A stretch of DNA of 24,173 nucleotides, from the NCBI RefSeq assembly GCF_006345805.1, contig NW_021825157.1, forward strand, positions 1 to 24,173, read 5' to 3'. Below the pieces are notes generated by a model that saw only the letters and a program-made list of their open reading frames with translations, searched no databases and was not told the origin of the DNA. A program made the translations under genes and the position numbers. Source of the DNA: Octopus sinensis (Eukaryota). Shown piece after piece: positions 10,043-20,881 of this stretch; position 1 is the first letter of the stretch; every line of letters starts with the position of its first letter.

Positions 10043-10479
10043 TCACTGAAAACAAAATAAAAAACACCCCAAAAAACAAAACAATTGACTTACCTAATAA
10101 ATACTTCCCTTTTATGAGACAGTAAAATAGGTAGAAGCCAACGACGGTGATTCAAACGCTGGACACCGATCGCGGACTGAAGAAAAACGTAAACACTGTA
10201 GATTTCCAATACAGGCTGATTCACATTTAAAAGAGAACTTAAATACTAACAAAAAAAATGGCTGACACCAGGAAAGCGGATGCATTCAACTTGTGTAAAT
10301 AAAGTGGAAGTAAACAAAAACATACATTATTTTCCATCTTACTGTTAGTTTTGTTTTATTCTGAAAAATAGAAATTTATTTTATGGTTTAAAACTGTTTA
10401 TATTTTGAATTACATATATGGGGTCACCAAGCATTTTTAAGTGCTTAAGGTCTCTACGGGTAAAATGCATAAGGGATAA

Positions 10480-12090
10480 AGCAATCATACTGTTGAGACA
10501 ATGAATGATATTAACATCACGAACGTGTATATTTGCAAGCAGCCTAAACGACATATACATATCCAGATTTTGTACCGAGTTCCTGTCTGAAAGATTTACA
10601 AGTATCCAGGAAACCATAGCACTACAAATAAATGGATGCACGCCAGAAGGACATTTACCACTGTGTTTAACAAAAAGAAGACTAGTTTGATTCTGAAAGA
10701 CAAATGACCGACCTATTATATGTCTACTTCTTTTAAGAAAATCTTAAGAGGGATAATTTAAGAGAAATACACCAAGACGTATGTGAGAAACACCTAATGA
10801 TTAATGAAAAGGAAAGTTGTTGAATAAAATAGAAAAAGCAAAGGAAAGAAAGTCTAATTAGTGACAAGACAGTTTTGAGGAATTGCAGGGAGAAATTGAC
10901 CAATTTTGTGCATCGTATGACTCGGTTGTAGAAAAGCATATGTCCTAGTCCTCTAATTGTGAATCAAGAAGTGCTTAGACATGGTCTAGAACCCAAAAAA
11001 TGTTAGCCTCTTACTGAAAAAAAGACTACGATGGGATAATAGAGAGTAGAGTTAAAATCTAGAGGGAAAAGGTTAGCAGGTAGAGAAACCAGAAGAGAAA
11101 TCTATCAAGGAGGACAACCTCTCATTTGTAATCTCACTGATACTGTTGTCGATCATACTAAACAAAGTTCAGGAAGGATAAAGAATAGAGAAATAGGAAT
11201 TAGCTATTTAAAGAAGATCTAAAGCTTCATGGCAATGATAAGAATCAAGTGGTTTCCTTAGAATAAGCCACTGGGATATTTAGTAGCGACATTAGAATGA
11301 CATTCGGAAATTATTGAGATATGTGTTATTATAAATATGTGGAGAAGAATCGGGAAAATTCATAAAAATTGCAGGAATAGATAGATCCGATGACAATATA
11401 AAATTACTAAAAGTAGCAGAAACATAAATATCGGAGAATACTGAGAGGCAATAAAATATAGAAATGAAGGAGGTCGCCAGTAAAGAATATTTCCGAAGAT
11501 CTTAAACTCATAACTGAATGCAGGAAACGTTATACAAGCAATTTATTTGAGAATAGCATCACTAATAATGGACTGGCACAGGAATTATTAAGTGGAAGAA
11601 AGACGAACTGAAGGATATCAATGGGGAAAATGAGGAATCAGCTCATAGTGCATAAAATCTTGAATTCTCAATCACACTTGGAAATTTTTATACTGGAAAT
11701 GAAAATGAAGAGAAAGCAGGTTAACGAATGTGGTTGAACTGGAGACAAATCTATTACGCTATTTAGAAAAGAAAATAGAAACCGTAGAACCTAGGAGAGA
11801 ATAGGAAAAAGCAAAAGAAAGAAAATAGAAAATTGAAGAAAAGAAATTTCATTCAATGTTTTTGTAAAAGCCAAAAGAGATAAAGGCTGACAAGTATACC
11901 CGCGTCTGGTTAAAGAAAGGCGCATGGAAGAATTAAACGGAAGAATGGATTTAGCAGCTGAAGATCAGATCTTCAAAGTAAATAGGATCGTGGTAATGAT
12001 AGATTAGCAAGAATATTCACCAAAATATAGAATGTGTGATGATTCTGATGAGATAGCTTACATTCTAATGGCATGTCCACAGCTAGGTGT
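10480..12090 (+). pseudogene. Decayed non-LTR retrotransposon (R4/Dong-like) reverse transcriptase plus CCHC knuckle
   Basis: Frameshifted motifs in the correct order: RPIICL (10709), KESLISDKTVLRNC (10845), RREIYQG (11091), EDLKLHG (11213; YMDDLKL-like), GIIKWKKDELKDI, and SPKYRMCDDSDEIAYILMACPQL (12017; decayed C-x2-C-x7-H-x4-C). Boundaries approximate. Confidence 0.8.
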
Positions 12091-12134
12091 GAATGAATGC
12101 TGAAGGAATAAGCTTGTTAAGATGGCTGCAATAA

Positions 12135-12362
12135 GGCGGCGAGCTGGTAGAAATGTTAGCATCCGGGCGAAATGCTTAGCAGTATTTCGTCTGTCGTTAC
12201 GTTCAGAGTTCAAATTCCGCCGAGGTCGACTTTGCTTTTCATCCTTTCGGGGTCGATAAATGAGGTACCAGTTTCGCACTGGAGTCGATGTAATCGACTT
12301 AATCCCTTTGTCTGTCCTTGTTTGTTCCCTCTCTGTTTAGCCCCTTGTGGGCAGTAAAGAAA
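12135..12362 (+). mobile_element. SINE family A monomer
   Basis: GGCGGCGAGCTGGTAGAAATGTTAGC...GAGTTCAAATTCCGCC (GGCGG/CCGCC acceptor-like stem; ~10-bp hairpin GGCGAAATGC/GTATTTCGTC) ending in AAAGAAATA then (TA)n. Confidence 0.9.
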
Positions 12363-13063
<701 letters not shown>

Positions 13064-13510
13064 TGCATGAGTTTTAATCATGTAGTTGAGTAGGAGAATT
13101 CAACGAAAAATGTCACGAATTGAACTACTTCAGGAAGCGGAAACATAAAACATTTATTATCTTTATCTTCTAAAACATACATTCATATATAGTATACGTA
13201 CGTGTGTATGTGTGTGTCTGTGTCTCTGTGTGTGGAGTGGAGCGTGCGTATGTGCGCCTGTATTTCCATGATTCCATTGCAAGGATTTAGAAGCTTCGAG
13301 AGATATAAGATATACTATTTTCACTGTGAAACTTGAATCAGATAAAGTTATAAATAACGCGGTGTAGAATAGTTTGTGAGGTACCATATCCGAACGAGCT
13401 TTCTTCACATAAAATATCTCCTGATATTTCGTTTTATGAGATAAAGGCTATCCTGATATTGTACCTCTCAAAATACCGTGTAGAATATTGAGTTTAGAAA
13501 TACTTGGATG

Positions 13511-13546
<36 letters not shown>

Positions 13547-13596
13547 ATGAATTTTTGTGGGAAGATCCCTGATCTGAAGTTGTGTTTTAAAACTGA

Positions 13597-13666
13597 TATT
13601 GTTGTATTTCGGGACGGTGCGTGCACTTATTTGGAGAAAAAAAACCCATCCCGAAATACAACAATA
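13597..13666. repeat. 21-bp inverted repeat with 28-bp spacer (mini-MITE/foldback)
   Basis: TATTGTTGTATTTCGGGACGG (13597-13617) versus CCATCCCGAAATACAACAATA (13646-13666), one mismatch. Confidence 0.8.
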
Positions 13667-13739
13667 CACATACATACATACATACATATATATATATATT
13701 TTTTTTTTCTAGTTTCAGCTCAGAGCTGCGGCCATGCTG

Positions 13740-13762
<23 letters not shown>

Positions 13763-13770
<8 letters not shown>

Positions 13771-14836
13771 AAACAGTACATGGAGAATGAGAACGGAACG
13801 AAACGAACGAATCGAATCGAATCGACGCGAGGGCGCTGTCAAACAATAGTGTAATAAATAAAATATATGCATACATACAAACATATATGTACGTACCTAC
13901 ATCTACATGTATATATACATGCATATATAAATATATACGTGAGTACAGGACACCACAACTAGACGTAGAACTCAACGAGAAACGAAAACGGAAAAACAAG
14001 CATATTTTATTTATTACATTATTGTTTGACAGCGCCCTCGCGTCGATTCGATTCGATTCGTTCGTTTCGTTCCGTTCTCATTCTCCATGTACTGTTTTAT
14101 ATATAATTATGACGCGAAATTCCTTATCTCCTTGCTTTACCTTCCCTTCTCTCTCTCTCTCTCTCTCACTCTTCCTCATCTCTCCCTCAGTCGCTTGTCT
14201 TCCTCTCTCTCTCTCTCTCTCTCACTCCTCCTCATATTTGTCACTGCTAGCCAAAACTACTTCCTTTTTACACGCGGCCTTCAAACTGTGAACACACATT
14301 TGTTTTCCCTTGCGCTGCCAGAATCTCCTCCGTCTAAGCCAGAAAAAGGCTTTTTCGTTTGTTTTCTTGTTTATCTTTATTTCTCGTATTGTATTTTCTT
14401 GTACATGTATTTTTATCTCGTATTTTATTTTGTATTTTTATTTGTATCGTTTTCATGTCCTGTTTGTGTTACATTTTTTTCTTTCTTGTTTTTACCCCTC
14501 TGCGAAGTAATTTTATTTTAATTCTCTCTCAGGAAGGACTAGTTTAACGAGTCGTGTTCTGTCTTACCTTCGAAACACGCTAGAGTTGAACTAGAGACAG
14601 CTGATGAAGGGGATTTTTCCTTGTGTAGTTTGTCCTGTACTCTGTTTTTCTGTTGTAAAAAAATGGTTTGTTCCATGCTTGTTTTTCCGTTTTCGTTTTT
14701 CCGTTTTCGTTTCTCGTTGAGTTCTACGTCTAGTTGTGGTGTCCTGTATTCACGTATATATATTTATATATGCATGTATATATACATGTAGATGTAGGTA
14801 CGTACATATATGTTTGTATGTATGCATATATTTTAT
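13763..14836 (+). mobile_element. Partly inverted, (TA)n-flanked composite repeat (Penelope pLTR/retrozyme-like)
   Basis: 104-bp inverted arms 13763-13866 and 14002-14105 (one mismatch). Segment ~13857-14003 recurs inverted at 14675-14836. Contains a hammerhead core at 14553-14612. Confidence 0.75.
14539..14612 (+). ncRNA. Candidate non-circularly permuted hammerhead ribozyme
   Basis: CGUGU-U(17)-CUGUCU ... CUUC-GAAA-CACG ... AGACAG-CUGAUGA-A-GGGG: stem III 5 bp, stem I 6 bp, stem II 4 bp (2 G-U), plus 10-bp CUAGUUUAAC/GUUGAACUAG extension. Confidence 0.7.
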
Positions 14837-15439
14837 ATATATATATCACCGTGATCACCGTGATCGACCAGGCTATCAGATGTTGCTACGCATCGCTGGT
14901 CATAATGTTTTAGCCTTCAAATGACGCCACCCCGCTGTGTGTGTGTGTGTGTGGTGTGTGTCTGACACTCTCTTCGCTCCTTCCACTTTTCTTTTTCTCA
15001 CTTCCACCCCTCTCTCGCATTACTTGGCCTTCCCTTCATTCTCATCACTTTCCCGCCTTTACCTCACACTGTCCCTTTCCTCTTTTTTCCCTCTTCTTCG
15101 TTCCACCCTAATTCTTCAATCCCTCTACTCCTGCCTCTCTCCTCTCCTTCCACTTTGCCGCTGTTCGGCCACGCCTGACCTTTCTTGGTTCGACTACTAT
15201 CCGTGTAGCATCTCTTATATTCTCTCCCATGTCTTTCATCGTCTGTGTCCCTTCCGTAAAGCTTCACTTCCACACACGCCAGCTTAATTTCATTCGTCTT
15301 TAGTCGAAATATACCTGTTGTTAATGCCCTGTTGTTTGTATTTCTAATTGTGTACTATTTCTCCATTTGTTCCCTTATACATTCGCTTGCTTTCTTCCAA
15401 AGAATCTAGTGCCCTGAGCTTAGATTTTCTTGGGGCTGG

Positions 15440-15510
15440 CCAGATTAGAGCAGTCTCGAGAGTAACCGGCCGAAACTGCAAAGTCGATCTGGTACTCGAC
15501 AAAATATTGA
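15440..15510 (+). ncRNA. Decayed permuted-hammerhead-like structure (CUGANGA strand lost)
   Basis: GCAGU-C-UCGAG ... GGCC-GAAA-CUGC ... CUCGA, with outer stem CCAGAU/AUCUGG. CAAAATA stands where CUGANGA is expected. Confidence 0.45.
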
Positions 15511-15777
15511 AAGCTCCGAATGGACCCGTCCTTGTTTTTTCCTGTCCTTTTTTTTATCGTCTAGCAATCCGAATGTCGGGGTCCACCCGAGTAAAATATA
15601 GCACAAAGGGTGTCCGTCCATTTACCAATTTAGTTGAGAACAATTGCTATAAAGGCTCTTTTGTTGGCTCGGCTCAGTCATAAAGTACAAAACTGTGTGA
15701 TTTCCTGAAATTAAAATTTATTCATATTTATTGCCAAACTAACGTGGTAGTCCAGAGAAATAGGACGAATGCTGCTG

Positions 15778-16153
15778 TTTGCTTGTTTGTTTGTTGAGCG
15801 AGGCGGTCTTCGTTCTAGTGGAAGAAGTCCGAAACGTTGTCCTTTGTTATTCGTAAGACCCGCAGAAGAGAAAGCAGGTCAACCCCCGGCACCGAGAGCA
15901 TCGATGGATGGATGAATGCGCATCCAGGCTCAGCGGTTGCGTAGGAAGTCGGGGACAAGAAACAGGAAGAAAGAGTGAGAGAAAGCTGGAGCGAAAGAGT
16001 ACAACAGGGGGTCTCCTCCACTCCCTACCGGAGACTCGTGGAGCTTTAGGTGTTTTCGCTCAATAACACACACAACGCCCGGTCTGGTAATCGAAACCGC
16101 GATCCTCCGACCGCGAGTCCGCTGCTCTAACCATTGGGCCACTGCTCCTCCAC
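15778..16153 (-). mobile_element. SINE family B copy with an alternative 3' tail
   Basis: Head and body homologous to 483-679 over 15958-16153, then unrelated sequence ending in a (CAAA)n-like tail near 15778. 3' boundary approximate. Confidence 0.85.
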
Positions 16154-16463
16154 TGTTGCTGCTGGTGCTGTTCTGTTCATGCTGTAGCTGCTGCTGTTGT
16201 TGCTGTTGCTCTTGTTTAGCCCAAGATGGAGCAAACCTATGATCAATCATTCAAACTATAATGATCTATTTACAGTTATAATTTTTTTTTTTGAAACATG
16301 TACGACAACGTTATGACATGACTACTTCCCTTACTTAAAATACTACAATATTACCTGAAAGGCATTTTAGCTGCTATTTCTAGCAAGCCAAATAACCACA
16401 TAGTTATCTGTGTTGACGGAGGGGAAATATTTGTGAGTATGAAAGTGTTAGTGTTTGGAATTA

Positions 16464-16568
16464 GTGTTTTCGCTCAATAAACACACACAACGCCCGGTCT
16501 GGGAATCGAAACCGCGATCCTCCGACCGCGAGTCCGCTGCCCTAACCACTGGGCCATCGCGCCTCCAC
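16464..16568 (-). mobile_element. SINE family B, head-only copy
   Basis: Reverse complement of GTGGAGGCGCGATGGCCCAGTGGTTAGGGCAGCGG...GAGCGAAAACAC. Confidence 0.9.
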
Positions 16569-16779
16569 GAATGTTGCTGTTGATTAGTTCCGAGAGGTGC
16601 TCGCCTCTAGATAGCTATATGGCGCACAAATCTGCGTCCACAGAACCTTCGAGCAGGGAAGGTGATCGTAACTACCTCGAAACCGGTCCGTAAAATTTAT
16701 TCGTTTACATGTTAATGGATTTGATCTCGGTAAAGTGAAATCTGCAGATTAATGGACAACGTATCAACGGGTCATTCGA

Positions 16780-17340
16780 TTTCTCTTGCCCTCCCTCGCT
16801 CTGTTTCCTTTCCCCTTCCCTCTCTATCTCTCCTCCCTCCCTTTCCCTCTCCCGCTCTCCTCTCTCATTCCTTCTCTTCTCCTCTCTCTCTTCTCCACTC
16901 CCCTTCCTTCTCCTCTTCCCTCATTCTCCTCCCCTCCTTCCTCCCTCCTTCCCCCTCGCTCTTTTTTCCTCTCCTCTCTCTCCTCTCTCCTCTCTTTCTC
17001 TCTCTTAACATCTCGCCCCTTATCATCTCGCTGTCTCTTCTACACTGCCTGCCTGCCTGTCTGTCTGTCCGTCCGTCTCACCCGCCCCTTATCTTTCTCA
17101 CCCTCGCTCTCTCGCTCTCTGCCCTTTCTTCTTTTCCCTCTGTCGCCTAACTCTCTTTCTCCCTTTCTCTTTCTACCGCACCCTCTCTCCTCCCTCTCCT
17201 CCTCTCTCTCTTCTTCTCTTCCTCCCTTCCTTGCTTCTCATTCCTCTCTCTCTCTCCTTCCTTTTATCCCCTCAGTCTTTCATTCCTCCTCCCTCCCTCA
17301 CTTTAGCTTAGCTCTCTCTTTCACTCCTCTCTCACAGTGT
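16780..17340. repeat. Polypyrimidine (CT-rich) low-complexity tract
   Basis: About 560 bp of mostly C/T on the + strand. Confidence 0.9.
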
Positions 17341-17348
17341 ATTATTAT

Positions 17349-17408
<60 letters not shown>

Positions 17409-18159
17409 TGTGTGTGTGTGTGTGTGTGTGGTGTGTGTGGATATATATATTTCTGTGTATGTGTCTTCTTATAACCGTTATGTGTGTTGTTAGGGAAGAA
17501 GGTTGGGAAGAACTCTAATGTTTTTATATAATTTATAAATACACTTCAAGTGAACACACTTTAACAGAGTGAGGTTAAAATGTAGGTCTACGATCTGAAG
17601 AAAGCCCCACATTTTAACCTTTCTGTTATTGTGGAGTCTGTCTTTCGGAAACTGTATTTTATGTTCCAGTCTTCAAAAGTGATCGATTCTAAACTACATC
17701 AATGACTTTCATAATATCAAATATACGGGTGGGATAACATCGTTGAATGGGAAGCTGAAACAGAGGCGTTGATGTTATTTTGGATTTATAATTGTTGTTT
17801 GGATTTCTTGAAGAATTTTCCTATGATCAAAACTCTGGAGGATAACAATTCAAGAATCAATTAAATCGCTCCATTGTTATTCAATAACCACAAACTCAAT
17901 TATCCTTATTAACCTTCAAATTGATGTTAATTTTTCTGCTTCACTAATGGATAACTAATTACATGGTTCCCGCTGTATATTAGCAGAAACTGCTAACGTT
18001 CCTGTAGATTCAAGAAAAACAGGAAAAAAAAAATGAAACAGACAAAAACGCCCAGAAAAACAGAAAAAGGCACGAAATATTGTGAATAACTGAATTGCTG
18101 TTTACACTTCAGTTCTTAATAAACAGCAACCTTGTATTTCAGTATCAGTGACAAAATAA

Positions 18160-19097
18160 GGCGGTGAGCTGGCAGAAACGTTAGCACGCCGGGCGAAATG
18201 CTTAGCCGTATTTCGCCTGCCGCTACGTTCTGAGTTCAAATTCCGCCGAGGTCGACTTTGCCTTTCATCTTTTCGGGGTCGATAAATTAAGTACCAGTTA
18301 CGCACTGGGGTCGATGTAATCGACTTAATCCGTTTTAATCCCTTTGTCTGTCCTTATTTGTCCCCGCTATGTTTAGCCCCTTGTATGCAATAAAGAAATA
18401 AGAAACGTTAGCACGCCGGGCGAAATGCGTTGCCGTATTTCGTCTGCTGTTACGTTCTGAGTTCAAATTCCGCCGAGGTCGACTTTGCCTTTCATCCTTT
18501 TGTGGTCGATAAATTAAGTACCAGTTACGCACTGGGGTCGATGTAATCGACTTAATCCGTTTTAATCCCTTTGTCTGTCCTTATTTGTCCCCTCTATGTT
18601 TAGCCCCGTGAAGGCAATAAAGAAATAAGAAACGTTAGCACGCCGGGCGAAATGCTTAGCGGTATTTCGTTTGCCGTTACCTTCTGAGTTCAAATTCCGC
18701 CGAGGTCGATTTTGCCTTTCATCCTTTCGTGGTCAATAAATTAAGTACCAGTTACGCAGTGGGGTCAATATAATCGACTTAATCCGTTTGTCTGTCCTTT
18801 TTTGTCCCCTCTCTGTTTAGCCCCTTGAAGGTAATAAAGAAATAAGAAAGGTTAACACGCCGGGCGAAATGCTTAGCGGTATTTCATCTGCCGTTACGTT
18901 CAGTGTTCAAATTCCGCCGAGGTCGACTTTGCCTTTCATCCTTTCGGGGTCGATAAATTAAGTACCAGTTACGCACTGGGATCGATGTAATCGACTTAAT
19001 CCGTTTGTCTGTCCTTGCTTGTCCTTTCTATGTTTAGCCCCTTGTGGGTAATAAAGAAAATAGGTATTTCGTCTGCCACTACGTTCCGAGTTCAAAC
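18160..19097 (+). mobile_element. Head-to-tail array of SINE family A (4 units plus a partial fifth)
   Basis: Repeated AGAAACGTTAGCACGCCGGG-type starts at 18174, 18401, 18628 and 18845 (periods 227, 227, 217). A partial unit begins at ~19061. Confidence 0.9.
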
Positions 19098-19206
19098 TAA
19101 TCCGTGGACAACTTACTTTATCGTGGTTGGATTTGATTAAATGGAGGTGTTGAAAAGGAATCAAATCGCCTTAAATACCTGCACAACTTTGGTTCTCTAT
19201 CAATTA

Positions 19207-19546
19207 TTTCACCAACACCACCACCACCGCCGCCGCCGCCATCACCACCACCACCAACAACAACAACAACGCCATCAACACCAACATGAAGACAACCACG
19301 GCGACTGCCTCCACAACTAACATCACTGATGCTGCCGCCACCGCCGCCACCGCCGCCGCCGCCTCCAGAATTACTACCATCACCACCACCACCACCACCA
19401 CCACAACCGCCACCACCATCACCACCGCCACCACCACTACCGCCACCACCATCACCACCACAACCACTACCACAACCACCACCACAACCACTACCATCAC
19501 CACCACCACAACCACCACCACCATTACCACAACCCCAACCAGCACC
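19207..19546. repeat. (ACC)n/(GCC)n/(AAC)n trinucleotide tract
   Basis: Direct reading; source of poly-P/T/V ORFs. Confidence 0.95.
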
Positions 19547-19942
19547 ACGCTTTTCTACTTCGGTTCACCTACAAGACAATGCGATCCACAATGAAATCAA
19601 AGTTAAACACTTCTTCAAAGTGTCGAGTAATTCGCGTTGGAAATGTTCCAAAATTCAATAGAACTTCGAATCGTGCGATGGTGCCGTCTTTCTACAAAAA
19701 GGCTTTCAACTAAATAATTGTCATTAATTCCCATAGATTAAACTCTATTCATCCAATCCTTATTTAATCTGTGTTTTGAAACGGATGCGTTTACACATGG
19801 TTGTAAACACACACAGACACAACACCTGCAAACAGAAACACACATGCACAAACACATGTATACATGCATGCACATACATATACTTATATACATACATACA
19901 TTTATATATATATATATATACATATATATACATATACATATA

Positions 19943-20155
19943 TACTCTTTTACTCTTTTACTTGTTTCAGTCATTTGACTGTGGCCATGCTGGAGCACCA
20001 CCTTTAGTCAAGTAAATCCACCCCAGGACTTATTCTTTGGAAGCCTAGTACTTATTCTATCGATGTCTTTTGCCGAACCGCTAAGTTACGGGAACGTAAG
20101 CACATCACTATCGGTTGTTAAGCGATGTTGGGGTGACAAACACAGACACACAAAC

Positions 20156-20187
<32 letters not shown>

Positions 20188-20348
20188 CTACACATATATA
20201 CGACAGGCTTCTTTCAGTTTCCGTCTACCAAATCCACTCAAATGGCTTTGGTCGGCCCGAGGCTATGGTAGAAGACACTTGCCCAAGGTTCCACGCAGTG
20301 GGACTGAACCCGGAACCATGTGGTTCGTAAGCAAGCTACTTACCACGC
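19943..20348 (-). mobile_element. Near full-length SINE family C (tRNA head, CORE-like block, internal microsatellite, 3' tail)
   Basis: Minus strand: GTGGTAAGTAGCTTGC...GGTTCAGTCCC (B box), CCTTGGGCAAGT (resembles the CORE-SINE motif), GAAAGAAGCCTGTCG, TA/TG run, then the C tail ending AAGTAAAAGAGTAAAAGAG. Confidence 0.85.
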
Positions 20349-20520
20349 ACACAAACACACATTCATACATACACACACATACACACAATATATTGGAATA
20401 AAAACACATCTAATCATACATGAGCACAAACACACATCGACACACGTACGAACACACATACACACACCTTTTGCACGCATATTGGTTTCAAATTTTGGCA
20501 CGATGTCAGCAATTTCGAGA

Positions 20521-20881
20521 GAGATGGTAAGTCGCTTATAGTGGACCTCAGTACTCAACTGGCACTTATTATATCGACCGCAAAAGGATGAAAGGCAATG
20601 TCGACCTCGGCGGAGTTTGAACTCAGAACGTAAAGACAGACGAAATACCTATTTCTTTACTACACACAAGAGGCTAAACACAGAGGAGACAAACAAGGAC
20701 AGACAAACGGATTAAGTCGATTACATCGACCCCAGTGTGTAACTGGTACTTATTTAATCCACCCCGAAAGGATAAAAGGCAAAGTCGACCTCGGCGGAGT
20801 TTGAACTCATAACTTAAAGACGGAAGGAATGCCGCTAAGCGTTTTCGTTCAACCTGCTCACGATTCTGCCTACTCACCGCC
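20521..20881 (-). mobile_element. SINE family A dimer
   Basis: Head CTCACCGCC at 20873-20881, junction GACGAAATACCTATTTCTT near 20640-20658, and a second B-box unit. Confidence 0.85.

Noticed and set aside
13163-13408. KARSDMVPHKL resembling the RT motif KAFDxVPH
   Set aside because: A single short match with no neighbouring RT motifs in any frame I could read.
15815-15845. GTCCGAAACGTTGTCC (GAAA plus palindromic ACGU) in the SINE B alternative tail, + strand
   Set aside because: No CUGANGA-like strand or stem II partner found nearby.
17572-17620. 12-bp inverted repeat AGGTTAAAATGT/ACATTTTAACCT enclosing CTGAAGA
   Set aside because: An isolated AT-rich hairpin with no GAAA strand or stem I; plausible by chance.
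18160-19097. CRISPR-like or satellite interpretation of the regular array
   Set aside because: Units are ~220-bp SINE copies with no unique spacers, in a eukaryotic context.
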